A DNA stretch of 64,000 nt from Bugula neritina (lineage: Eukaryota > Animalia > Bryozoa): the NCBI GenBank assembly GCA_964035545.1, contig OZ037770.1:14188642-14252641 (forward strand), written 5' to 3'. Positions 48,215 through 61,900 of the stretch are shown here, piece by piece. The notes beneath the pieces are model-generated. The model made no database searches, was not told where the DNA came from, and saw only the letters and a list, made by a program, of their open reading frames with translations. Position numbers and translations under genes: made by a program. The first letter of the stretch is position 1, and the number at the start of each line of letters is the position of its first letter.

Positions 48215-51200
48215 ATGCTTGAAATGCCTAGTTCTTCATTTGTCCTAAACAATCAGTCAAACGAGAGTAAATGCATCAAAAGAAACAGAGGGAAGGCTCC
48301 AAGGCAAAACGCTTCATCATCAAAAGACATATTCAGAAATATTATACCTAATTTATCACAACACATTGGCACAGCCTTCAGCGACATCTATAGAGTTATA
48401 GATGAGACAGAAGAACATCTAATCGAGGAGAGACCAACACATTTCTTCTCTGACTTAGAAGTTCTTTCTCAGCCTCGACACAAAAGACGTAGATCAAGTG
48501 CCGGGGAATACAGCACCCAGAGTTTGATCCCGCCAAATAACTTGAAGCCCAACATAACTGACAAAACTACAGCAATAGAAACCGCCAAAAGAAGCTTTCT
48601 TTCTAATACTAAACAAGCTGTGCCCTTTGTAGAAGAAAATCAGGAAGGCGCAGAAAGCCTCTCTGAGATATGTTCAATTATAAGCAAAGATTTAAGTAGC
48701 CCCAATTCAACTGTAACTTTTACTATTAAAAATGAATCAGAATTTTTACCTGCTTTGAGTGCCGATAAAGGAGAACCAGTCTACGACCAAGAAACTACAT
48801 CTGGTGGCTCAGAGCTAACTCGAGATTTGCTGCTAACAGAAGTTCAAAAGAGTGACTCACCCTCTAGTAATGGGCTTGAGAATGGTGAGAGAACTCAGCT
48901 AAGTTCAAGGTCAGCATTCATCAACCGTGACAGTCTGTCAGATAGCGCAGATAGTGAGGATAAGGAGAGCTCACCTACCAAACCCTGGAGCCTTTCAGTA
49001 ACAGAACTAAACATTGAAGACGATGACATCTTTACAGTTAGAAGCAGTGATGAAGGTAAATGATCAGGGCTAGTTAAAACAAACAAGTATTAGTTGAAAC
49101 AATTTGTGTAAGTTGTAGATTTTCATAATTGGGTTTTGAAAGTCTATTTTGCTTTACTTGTAGTGGTTAGTGTCTACATACAATATCTTCTTAGACACTA
49201 CTACCAAAAGCTTTACAAAGTTTTTGTCTAGTGCTGTTCACAACATCAACTCCTAAGCATCATGAGCCTAATTCAGTTCTGTTCTAGAAACTCCACCATA
49301 TCTTGATTTTTATGTTGTAAAATTTTTGCTAACAAACCACGAACACTATAAAAGTGACATAATGTCCAGTAAAAGTGGCGCAGGTAATAATGGCACAAGT
49401 AATAATGGCACAAATGGTAAAGTAGCTAAAAATGGCACATTTTCAATATTAAGGTTTGGGGTGAGGGTGGTGAGTTTGGAATGGGAGATTTAGTTTGGGT
49501 TTGGGGTTTGGGATTTGAGTTTGGGAAAATTGAACACCAGCTAGTATGCCATTTTTACTTACTTTTCTATTTGTGCAATTATTACCTGTGCCGTTTTAAC
49601 AGTGCCATATTTACTTGTGCTATTTTTACCTAAAGCAAGTGGCATATATATTGGAAAGTCAAGATGCCGTATTTTAGAAGCCGAACCACAAATTCCCACC
49701 ACAGTTGAGAGTTCTGAAAATGATTTGGTTGACAGCTCTGGGGTTTCTGACATCAACTCCTGGTGGTTGTACAAGAAGTTTCAAAAAGGACCCAAAGGGA
49801 CTCACTTCAATATAGTTCTGTCACCATCGGATCCACATAAACCGATTGAGTTTAGCGATCCAGCAGTAGTGAGTGCCGGGCAAGAGTTTACTCCTCCATT
49901 ACCTTCTAGCAGGAAACCGAGATTAGGAAATGGGAATGACGTAACTCCTGATAGCGAGCTTCTAAAAAAGTTGCAGTTTAAGATAGCTTCTATAAATGAG
50001 AAAATAAATTCTCTCACTGATGCATCACAAAAGAAAGAGAAAATGAAATTGTCTTCAAGGTAAAAGCAACAACTAAAAGCAATATTATGAACTACTTTAT
50101 ATTTCGGCAGCAGATTTGTTGAATGAGCAGTCTCAAATTGTAATTCATTTAAATAAAAATCTTAGTAGGCTTCAGACCTTATTAAAATTACAACTTTGGC
50201 AACCTATATCAAATTCAATATTTCAGATATTTATAGTTTCTTAAGAACCAAAATCATTTATTCAAATATTTGGACTATGCTTTAAAGAGAAATTTTAATA
50301 GGCCCCAGGCCTTAATACAATCTTAAATAATTATTTCTGATTCAATATTTTAGATATTTCTAAATTTATTTAGAAAAGATTAAATTAAGTAACTTTTTGA
50401 AAGGTTATCCCGAGTACGAAGAAGAGCCAACCATGAAGCCAACAAGATTATATTTGCCGGAATAGAGCAAGAGCGTGGTAAGTCAAACAGAATGTTTAAA
50501 CTGTTGTTTCTAATTAAATTTATAATGCTTTACTTACTTTCTTCAATTTTAAGTGCTTTAAATTTTTTCTTTCCACTATTTTAAATAATTTAAAATTATT
50601 GCATCTTAAATTAATTTATTAGTTAGGTAACCAAATTGACATAAGTAAAACTTCTGGACTCATAAATTTTCAGTCAAAAATATAATTATTAGCAAACCCC
50701 TGTTTGGCTAGACTTTCAAACTAAAATCACTCGAGCTAGCTTTAATTTTTGATAATATATAATTATTAAATAACATGTTTTCATCATGCAGTTCATAAAG
50801 TTGTTGATGTTTCAACTATCATTCGAACATTTTAAGATTACAGTTTTATAACTTTGGATTTAGCATAATCTAAGCCATGTTCGTGCTAATCAATTAACAA
50901 TATATAATATGGCATACATATATCTGCTAGTCTTATCAACAGAGATAAGAGATAAGGAATAATACAATTTTATCTATTGATAACCAACTTTCACTGATAT
51001 AGATAAGAGGGTTAAGTTTAACGTTCCTGAAAGGAATGATGCCTTTTTTAAGGACAGCATAGCTGCGTTAGTTACTGTGCCGGATCATAGATTTATACAA
51101 GTGTTTATGGTCTACTCGTCTAGCAGCAGAAGCACAAAGATAGCAGTATCAGTTTATACTAACAGCAATGAGTAGGACAATTGAATACAGATATGTTGCT

Positions 51201-52667
51201 GTACAGTATATATTACAGTCAACACCTAGCTATAAAGTTTCAAGATGTTATACAGGCAACACCTAGAGCTATATAGCTATATAGCTATAAATTTTCAAGA
51301 TGTTACAGGTAATAAGGAAATAAATTAATCTGTGCCCAATCTTGCTACGAATCAAAATCAAATCATTTTATAGCAGAGCTAATTTATATATATAAGCTGA
51401 GTATTAGTATATGAAAGGTGAAAAGAGTTAAAAACTGTTTAAAAAATAGTTTTCGAAAAGTTATTTCTTAGAGAACTAATGGTGGACTTCGGTGGAAGAA
51501 TGTTTAAGCATTTAAAATCAAATCAGTTTGTGTGAAAAATATAGCAGTTGAGCCTACAGTGTAGCTTGTTTCTACTATTCATTGTTCCAGTTGAAACATA
51601 TAATAGGAACTAGGAAGTTTAGAACGTGCATTAGAGGGCAGTAGTTACTGTATAATCTACTCTATATCTCACACAAAAAATAGCATCAATTTTCCATACT
51701 ACTTCCTGAACCTCATAAAAGTGCTGGTCAATAGGAAAATATAATGCAATAAAACTTGTTGTTTTGCAACATGTATGCTGTTCTGTTTAATTGCACACCT
51801 AAGCCATGATTAGATTAGGGTTTATCTTTAAATGGAGGAACTATATAGGAGATTCAGTTGGCCAATAGCAATTGAAATACAGCAAGAGGTTTCTATTTAA
51901 AGCATAAGTTGATTAGGTAAACCTACAAAGTATTTGCTGAGTAAACAGTTCAAAGATAGCAATAATGTCATGTCATATAACAAAGGTTAAAAGGTGGCAA
52001 ACAAAAAGCATGCATCTTATGTCAATAATTTTTATCGTGTAGAGGAAAACTAGTTTGAATGTATAACCGAATTCGGCTGAAAATTATTCCAAAAAAAAAA
52101 AACATAGTTTATCAACTAAAATATATTATAATGAGAAAACACTAAACAATTCCAACGCTTTGTATATGTGTCAGTATGTCTAGCACTCTATAAGCTTACG
52201 CCAGCTTTTGTCTGGTACAGTTTAGTGTACTCCATTTTGACACTACGGGTCTTTTTTCTATAATACTTTGCTGTCTGATTTGATAGTCATAACAGCTTTT
52301 CTTCAACAAATATGTTGTCATTGTCTGATATTTTTAATTGTGATTAATTAATTGATTTGATATAAAAAAAAGAAAGCAAATTTTAAGTTTCAGTCATTGT
52401 ATTATATCTAAATGCAATAGGTTAGATGCATTGTGATAATGTTGATATTTGCCAAATTTATTGTGTTGTATCAACTTGTCAGATGCTTTAAGTAAAGTGG
52501 TGAAAAGAGTTCGAACCATGATGGTCAGCTCTCAAAACTCAGGGAATTTGCTAGAAAAATACAAGAACATTGTGAAGGATCTGCCCGAGAAAATAGCTGG
52601 AAGAAAAGCTCATTATGTGAACAGTGTGCTAGAACCAACAGAAGTGTGTTTAGAGTCATCTGACTGA
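48215..52667 (+). CDS. Uncharacterised Ser/Glu-rich, largely disordered protein with a C-terminal helical/coiled-coil region
   Basis: Exons 48153(ATG 48215)-49055, 49678-50059, 50404-50477, 52483-52667, phase-consistent; probable 5'UTR exons ending at 46515 and 47897. No recognisable family motif; start and 3' end uncertain. Confidence 0.65.
49368..49630. mobile_element. Foldback/MITE with repeated GGTAATAATGGCAC-like TIR units and a G-rich (TTTGGG-like) core
   Basis: Left: repeated rgtaataatggcac; right: repeated gtgccatt/ttattacc; centre ggtttggggtgagggtgg...gtttgggtttggggtttggg. Confidence 0.75.
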
Positions 52668-53905
52668 ATGTGAACTCAGACTATAAGCAGGGAGTTTGGA
52701 TAACTTTTGACATTTTCGTTTCTGTCCAAACTGTCTTGGCATGCAGTGAAGATCTTGGGAATTGTAAGCAATAAAACTTGAAGGTTTGATAAATTTACCA
52801 ACTAATAAAAACTTAGTTGCTGAGCACTTCTGGTTTAACTTGAGTAAAGCTGATGTAAAAGCTTTAAAACTTACGCATTGCCATGCATCTGACACAGTTT
52901 AGACTTGGTTGGTGTTTGCTATAACTGCTTGTTTACATCCAATAATGTCCCAATGGTATTTACAAAAGCCTCTAACTAAGTAAGTTCAACATGTCAATTT
53001 TCATTTTCTTGTGAAGATCATGTTTTATACAAAATATCAAACCTAATCTAGTTATTAGAAATTGCTTGTATCGCAAAAACTATTTAAGACATTTCACTTA
53101 AATTTTACAAAGGTCTGTAACAATATAGTATACGTATGCAAAGTTATCTAAACCATTTTTTATAAAATTTATAGCTTGTCTTTTTTGATATCTTGAGATA
53201 AAAACTTATTGTAAAAAAAATTATTTTCAGTAAAGCTTATTAACGACAATATAGTTTCACTTTAAAACAAAACATCCTATTTGCCATCATCATTTTTATT
53301 TGAAACAAACTATTACTCTTCAATTTTATACTTGATTGTACTTATATAAAATTGATTTGGCTAAAGAATGGGAGTATTTGTTCACTTTTACTATAGTGCC
53401 GTATGTACCATTATATTTTATCCTTTATAATAGTTTTATTCTGGCAGTTGATTATAGTCAACCTAGACCTTATGATTTGCTGTTTTTAGCAAAATTATCC
53501 AGGCAATGTTTATATTATAGTTGACCAAGATTACATAACATTAAATCAGCTTTTTTATTCTTTTAATAAAATATAAATTTGATATGACATCTTATATATT
53601 TATCCGTTTTTATGAGGTAATATATTATTATAATAATAATATATACTTTTATAGCTATTACACAAATTTTTATATGAAATGCAATCTAAACTTTTAAATG
53701 ATGTAAATTGTCTTTATAAATTATACCAAATCTTAACATTTTTACCTTTATCTTACTTTCTTCCCCTTTAATCTATAATTTTATAGTTTTTACATATATG
53801 AGAAGCTATATTTATTATAGCTATCATTATGCTACATTTTATATCATAGCTATACACTTTTATAAATGTATAATATAATATTTTATTTCATATAAATTGC
53901 TATTT

Positions 53906-53985
53906 TATAGCATTTTATATGCTATACAAAATATTGTATATAGCATATAAAATGCTATACAATATTTTATATAGCATTTTATATC
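53906..53985. repeat. Nested palindrome/inverted repeat (21-bp arms)
   Basis: tatagcattttatatgctata ... tatagcatataaaatgctata, followed by a partial third copy. Confidence 0.8.
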
Positions 53986-55511
53986 AACTGTGCTGGTTTT
54001 TGCTTTGATAATTGCTACCAGTCTTTGTTTTATACTTTGTTCTTTTTACACATTTTTATAAATTGAATTTTCTATGCTATATATTCTTAGTTTCTCACCA
54101 CGATATATAATTGGTGTGCTCCAATACTATATACAGAATGTATGTTTATTTTATGCTTTACCAAAAACCCATGTTTTAAGCTTTTTTATGTATAATCATT
54201 GATTGTTGGTTTTAATAATCAAATTCAAAACTTTCATTTTATCAGTTAAATTTGTTTAAGGTTTTAGTAATGCTGCATAAACCTTTTAACAATTTAATTG
54301 ACACAAACAATTTTCATTTAATATGAGAACGTTTTACATCATTAAAGTTTTTAAAGAGTCTACTATATGATATTTTCCAAATATAAGATGATATAAAGTT
54401 GCTGTATTTTAATGTATAATATTGCATGCACTTTTAAATTATAATAGTTTTTCAAAAAAATAAATTCCATATGTGAATGCCGTGTCTTTGTTAGTACATT
54501 AATATATAACATTTTTCACATGATTTCATTGTATAACTGGGACAAACATATATAGTAAATAAATATACTAATAAACTCTACAAACATTTCTAATTTGGGT
54601 TAAAATATTTCAATCACTAAACAAGATATTTTAATCCCAAGTTGTGTTTATAATCCTACAAACAAATTAAGCCTAAAGCAGAGCATAGACCAAATTTATT
54701 TCAGCCGATAAGAGATGAAGATTATATAAAGGTAGAAGCTGATGTTAAGGTTATGTCTGTTTTGATGTTCCAATCTTGATAGCTATAATATAGTCAAGGA
54801 GCTTCAGAGCATTGTCTTACTGTCTCAGCTAATAATATCATTGCTACAGGAAAAGGAGCTCAAACCATATTGCCTAGATTATATTATTAAAAGGCATATA
54901 AGATGAGTCATATATAAGATGTTTTACATTTCTCTGAGATTAATACTAAATTAGATAGATTATATAAATTGGGTCTGTCACGGTTTCAAATCTTTAAGCA
55001 GGATTTCTTCACCAAAGTGTATTTTCATTAGAGATTGATATATCATGGCAAATATAAGTCCTTCATTAAGCTAATATTTTGGTATTATTATAGTTATGTT
55101 GTGTTAATACATGTTTTTATAAAGAACTTAGCCGCATACAGCTAAATGAAACTACTACAAAATTTTGAGATTGCTGTTATACTATTGTTAATCTGTGCAA
55201 AAACTGTTTATAAAATGTTTTTTACTGTAACTGTAATATGCATTTGATTGTATTATGAAGGTAATGGCAAACTAAAGTTACCAACATCATTATTCTGTTC
55301 ATGAAAGCAAATGTCTAGCTAAATAATTAAAATGCTAGCTATAGTAGCTGTGTTGAAAGAGCTAAAAGCTATTTTTTCAAACTGTGCTATATAATAGCTG
55401 TTGGCTAGCCAGTAGAAAGATACCACTTGAACTACTCATGGTTATTCTATGTTTTGACAAGAAGGTCTGTACACCATTTCTGAGTCCTGCATACACTCTA
55501 TTCTGTTCAAA

Positions 55512-58349
55512 ATGAAGATCACTCTTAACTTTGATGATTATCAACTAGTCTTTCAGATATTGGGGTAAGTTTACTTCTGGGTTCAGTTTATAATGCTTCA
55601 CATAGACACTCATTGAAAATGGATGAATATAGAAAGGTGGTAGGTGCAGTAACGGAGAAATTGAGAAAAGCCTGTGTCATAGATTAGGATTGTAACAGAA
55701 GAAGTTATGTTCTTGAGAAATTCAACCCGCACCCCAAACCAGAATTTATAAGGAAATTTAAAAAACTTAGGCTATCTCAATATTTCCACTACTGCTGTTA
55801 AATGAGAGAAGGCTAACTGACTTAACTAGCAACTTGCTAGTAAAGATTAACATAATGTGTGCATGTTGCAGCGTGTCACATTATTTTAAAATAATATGTG
55901 ATATTTGTAGAAGCTGCAGCATGTTGATCCTATGTCTTATCATCATCTACAAGCTTATCAATTTCATGGCTGATGCATACTATTTATGGAGAGATGAAAA
56001 CGTTAGTGAGATTGCTAGCTTGGCTGCAAAAAAGATAATATTTCAAAATGGAGTACTTGATATTTCAAGTGATGGTGAAAATAAAATCCCACTTGACCTG
56101 TCACTTGTGTCTGCTCTCAAAAATCATAAATTGATAATGGGACAAGAAACTGAAGACCAGCTTTCCGCAGATTACATTGCAGATCTTGTTGAGAAAATTG
56201 CAACCAGAAACATCCCACAAGACCGTGCGGTTCAAATCAAGATTGCAGGATTACCAGAGGCCAAGCATAATGAAATGGTCAAACAGAAGGATGAAACTTC
56301 GATAAATGCCAGCATGACAAGGGTCAATGTAGAGGACATGAGTTTTTCAGAAGGAGTAGAAGTATCTTCGGGTGTAGAGACAGGGGATGATGATGACGAA
56401 ATGTCTCCATCTGTGAAGGAAAAGTCGCCAGAGGTGGATAGAGCATCAGAAAAAGTAAATGGAAATGGAGAGTTGCGAGTGGTGGATCAACAACCAGAAA
56501 AGGCTGATGAAAAACCACGTTTAATGGTAGAGGAAAAGTCTCAAGACGAAAAATTAAATCATGGATGGGTAAAATTTGTCACCACGGATGAGGGTTAGAC
56601 ATAATGATAAACCTGTCAGCAATCATTTTGATGCAAGATGATTTACAAAATGCTATAAAAACATATCTTCACTTGAAGTTTTGAATTCCATACAATGTTT
56701 TTCTTTGCAATTGAGTTAATGCATTTCTTTTTTATTTGTGAGCTCAATTTAGCACTTCCTGCATTGATTCACTCTAGCTACTAGCCAACTTATTGTTGTA
56801 AATTTATTTATATGTTGTTGTGAATAAAAGTTGAATTTAATTTTGATCAATTATGCAATAAGTTTGTTTCATGAACTTTCAAGTTTCTGCACTTCTCTAC
56901 AGTTTGTCAACAAGATCATTAAAAGGTCATGGACAAGCATTTAATTGTAGTTATACTGAAAGATAATTAATGGCAGATGGTGCTTTATAATAAAAATACG
57001 TTCAGTGTTTTTAAATTGTTGAACATAATGAATAGAGCAGTGAACTGCAAATTAAAGTAAAATATTATCCTAGAAAAACAAGTGCATTTTAAAGACTGAC
57101 TGGACCAATGGGAAATGAATACAAAAGTTGCTGCTCTTGTAAAAATAGGATGGTAAGTACATTTCAGCTGGGCTGTGGTAATGTCAAAACTTTATCTAAC
57201 TGTAATCTTATTTTTGCTTATATTAAATACTGTAGTTCACGTGTAAACTTTTCCATATGCATTAATAACGCACTATTTTGTATTCTGCACAACCTAAATC
57301 TGCAACTGTAGCATACATTTGCAGCATTTACACATATGCAGCACTTTTTTAATCAATAGAACTTGCATAAACTGCAATAGTAGCAACACATTGAAGCACT
57401 TTTTAAAAGCATTTATATAAAATATAGTTTGTAATACAGCACTGATGTTAACAGGTTACTTGCAGCAGGGCTGGCAGTTAAAGTCATTTATGACTTACAT
57501 AAAGCAAGAAAAAGCATCACAGAAAATTCCACAGCTGTTACGAGTTCAGACACCAGAGTAACTCAACGTTCTCCAGGCAGGCATGTATCAAAAGAGCACG
57601 TACCAGATAAGCAAACTGTCTCAAAAGAGCATGTACCCAAAGAGCAATTATCAAAAGAGCAACTATTCAAAGACCATGTATCAAAAGGGCAATTATCTAA
57701 AGAGCAACTATCCAAAGAACAAGTACCAAAAAAACAGTTATCACAAGAGCATGCAATAGCAAATAACACAACCACAACCGAACATAATGAAAACTCAACA
57801 CTAAATGTGGCAGGATATGAATCATCTGCTCATCAAGTAGCTAATCAGGTTATCCAAGAAGTGAAATTGGTAACGAATCAACACATCAAAGGCGGTCAAT
57901 CAAGGCCGACCGATTTCGTTTCAATAGATGGCGCCACTCATAAACTAGCATCGAAAGTCATGAATCGAGTTATATACGAGTCTAAAAAATTGATGTTTGA
58001 AAGGCAATCAAGATTGAACGACATTGTTATACAGGACACATCTAGCCGCACTCTTGCAAAAGAGGTAATAAACAAAGTGCTCTTGAGGTCGCATAAGCAA
58101 ATATCTGAAGTAGAATCCAAGATCCGAGAAATGATGGAGCGATGTGAGTCTCAGACGGACCGTCTGCCAGGCAGGATATCTGAAACCGACGAGACGAGTT
58201 TTGACCCGTGGCACAAACAGTTCCGAAAAGCCTCGATATTATCAGGAGATCAGCATTTAGTGAATGCGACCAACGACAGTTTCAAATCACGAGAAAATTT
58301 CGGCGAAAGCAGTGAAGTGTCAGCGGAAGAAGAAAATAAAAAAGAATGA
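55512..58349 (+). CDS. Uncharacterised N-terminally membrane-anchored protein with pentapeptide repeats and AKAP-like amphipathic helices
   Basis: Exons 55512-55564 (MKITLNFDDYQLVFQILG|gtaagt, phase 2), 55911-56593 (phase 1), 57466-58349; spliced N-terminus LVFQILGSCSMLILCLIIIYKLINFM is hydrophobic; TATA-like at ~55388; AATAAA at ~58590. Confidence 0.65.
55647..55795 (+). mobile_element. ~150-bp MITE family, copy 2
   Basis: gcagtaacggagaaattgagaaaagcctg ... taggctatctcaatatttccactactgc. Confidence 0.8.
57581..57752 (+). repeat. Coding 15-nt repeat encoding (S/P)KE(Q/H)(L/V) pentapeptides, ~11 units
   Basis: HVSKEHVPDKQTVSKEHVPKEQLSKEQLFKDHVSKGQLSKEQLSKEQVPKKQLSQEH. Confidence 0.85.
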
Positions 58350-58983
58350 TTTGTCAGCGACAAAGCTTGGTTAAAAAAAATAGAAAATGTGAGTTTGAAA
58401 TAATACAGATGGTGAGAAACTTATGCTATCAGCTGAACAGACAATTAACAAAACTAACAGCCAACACACAAACAATGGTATTGTTGTCAAGAACTAAAAT
58501 TTATTGGGGTAAAGTAATATAAAAGAAAATGGCCAGAAAGTTAAAACATATAATAGAAAGTAGTACATAGCTAATAAAAATTTCATGTGAATAAAAATTG
58601 TAGGCAACATAAATAAGAAACGAGCTATCAGGTTCAGACCAAAGTTCAATGAGTATTTTGCTTCCTTTTCGAGAAATTAGAGGGAGTGACCATTCATATT
58701 CTCTAAAAACAGTAATAGATCAAATTAATGCAACAAAGCCACAAAATAACATATTTTCTGAAATAATTGCAACAGTTTTAATTCATAAAAAGGCGTTGAG
58801 AAAATTTGTTGTTGAGAAAAAATGTGACAGTGCTATAAATAAAAAAAAATTTCAGAGTCAGGCCTTCATTTCAGCTGCTATGTAGTTGAGTGAAATGTAG
58901 TTTAATACAGAGTGGCGATAAGCTGGTCATTACAGGTACATCAACTACTTAGTGTATCCCTAGGGCCAACTTTGTCTAACAAT

Positions 58984-61900
58984 TTATATAATCAAACTAT
59001 ATTTACTTTTCTGCTCAATCCTGTGAGCCACGGCGGCCACGTACGCAGCACCCATACCACTCCCATCTTTCACTTCGATGAACTTAGTCTAAAAGGAGTA
59101 AAAAGCCAGCAATTTATTGAAACAAATATATAAATTTAGCAAAACAGTTTTTGCTATATGAGAAGCTGTGTTACCTTAATATAAGAACATTTGTAACCTT
59201 AACTTGAAAAGCTGTGTTACCTTAATATGAGATAGTGTGCTACCTTAGTCTGAGATAGTGTTACTTTAACCTGAGATAGTGTGCTACTTTAATCTGAGAT
59301 AGTGTGCTACCTTAGTCTGAAAAGCTGTGTAACCTTAATCTGAGACAGTGTGTTACCTTAGTCTCAGGAGCTGTGTAGGCTATCAGCTCCTCCATCTGAC
59401 CTCGTAGTGTCGGGTGGTAACTGAAAAGAGATCCATCAACAGCTATGGTGACCTCATCTTTCTGTATGTGCCGCAAAAGTACTGTCAGCGCTGTCGGGGA
59501 ACATTAAGAGAAACAAAATAATAATCTAGTTTTCAACCAGCACTAGTTCTACAGTTTACACTCTATTTCTAGAGGTGGGTGCAGTAATGGAGCAATTGAG
59601 AAAAGCCTGGGTTCTAGATTAAAAATGCAGTTATGCTCTCGAGAGAATTTCAACCACAAAGCAAAATTTAATAAGAAAATCAAAGAACTTAGGCTATCTC
59701 AATTTCTCCACTACTGCTCTTAAATGTATTTCTACAGTTAACACTCTGATTATACAGTTAACACTTCTTTTCTACAGTCAACACTCTAATTCTACAGTTT
59801 ACACTCTAGTCCTACATATATTATATTGATCAGCAAGAGAAATGCAGAATAACAGTAAGGGGTGCTGCAAACAGACGTAGACTGATTTCCCAAAATGCAT
59901 TGTGAAAGATTTCAGGTATAACGTACAGGTAACTGTAGATCAATGACAGGGTTTTTGAGTGCTAACAATGACTTTCGTTTTATTTGAGGTCAACTAGAAG
60001 AGCTGTGATATAGAATAGTATAGCATAGTTTAGCAGGGTTTAGTATAGCAGGGTTTAGTATAGAATAGTATATAGCATAGTATATCAAGATTGAGTATAC
60101 AATAGAATAGTATATAGCATAATATAGCAGGGTTTAGTATAGTATAGAATAGTATATTATATAGTATATCAAGGTTTAGTATAGAATAGTATAGTATATA
60201 GAATAGTATATTATATAGCATAGTATAGCAGGGTTTAGTATAGAATATTATATATTATATAGCGTAGCACATAACACAGTCTGCCAACCTGATACTATGA
60301 TCTTAGCCGCTCTGTTAGACACGATGGCACAAGCATATCTCAACACTGCAACATCTTCAGCACTAGCTGGACTGGTGCCAAGTTCTTCTAATACTTCAAT
60401 AGCCTTGGTGTCTGTGAAGTCGCTGTAAGATGAGAACATTAGTCATGGTACACTGGCTATTCGACACCATAATAAGATAATATATTAGTGAAGCATTCAA
60501 GTGTACAATAATAGCTGTGTGACTTAGCAGGTGGATATGAAGGTTAGGGGCAATCAAATAGTAGTACTCACAGAGTAGTACTTACTCAGTAGTACTGACA
60601 TAACAAAGCTTTCAGACTGACTAAAGAAATTGTAGTGTAATTATCCCCCCACCCCGAGTATCTAGAACTTAGTCTACTGTTGTACCAACAAAAACAATGG
60701 AGGAATTATGCAAAGGAGCTTAAAGACTGACCTTTCAACCTTGGAAACGTGCCCAGTGGTGAAACTGCCTTTACGGTGTACCCATTCAACTTCAGACTCA
60801 CCAAGACCAGCAAACAACAGACCTTTGGACACTAGATCTGACAGGACTAGTCTAACAATCTCCCCTAAATACAGTCCAGCGAACAGCTTCTCAAACCTAC
60901 AAACAGAGGACAGAAAGTACCAGTCTATCACTTCAACCAATTACAGTAGATTCCAAAAATAAACATTTCAAAGTAAACAAAATCAACAAGTATAACTGTT
61001 GAGTATTTAAAATACAAATGAAATTACTCTTTTGACACTATAGAGAAAAAAGTCCATAGCTTGCATTCCATCAGGTTCTCACAGGGATGGTGACTATAAA
61101 CTCATGAGCATTTTTATCCAAAACACAATTTTATAACTTATGCACTGTTATTGTAACATAGCATCTAGTCAACATTTTAGCATAACACTAATACACAAAC
61201 AACTAGATTTATTACCATATGAAAGCATAAAACTGAAAGCTGTCCATAGCAAAAAGTAATTTATCATACAGAGACCCTGTTTTCAATTTAGATGTGTTCA
61301 ATTTTTTGAAATTTCATCAGATAAAAATCACAATTGTTGCCAATTTATATTCATATCGAGACTAAAGTTGGCAGTGTAGCTGTCCAATAACTGCATATTT
61401 AGAAATCATAGTATATTTACTTGCTGAAAAGACGACTCCTACAAATATCAAGAATAAAAAACTATAAAATGCATTTTTGTTGCGTGCAATTATTCAAAGA
61501 ACTGGGAACTTGACTCACGTGAAAGATCCTTTGTGATTGGACAGGCGATCAACTTCAAAATCGTATTGCGTTTTGAAGAAATCCAGAACTCCGTTGTCTC
61601 CGAAGGCACCCCACTCTATATCTATGATCTCTTCTTTCTCCTCCTTTGAGTTCCCCTCCCACTTATCCACTCGATCCAAGTGCTCCATGTAGCTGGCGTT
61701 ACAGCCGGTACCTTTAATGTGATAGTGCGAATGGTTACTAGGAGCATGACCCAGGGGTTCAAGGGTCATTTTTTGATTATGGTCTTTTTTATCAGCAAAA
61801 CTTGTAACAGTATTTCTTTAGAAAACTTGCCATATCTGAAACATTTGTTTTAATTGTCGTGTGTTGAAGTTATTAGCATCAATATTGACAGTAAAATCAA

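Noticed and set aside
54705-54749. Possible small exon PIRDEDYIKVEADVK linking the two unknown genes
   Set aside because: Weak splice sites and no convincing phase-compatible downstream partner; not supportable without transcripts
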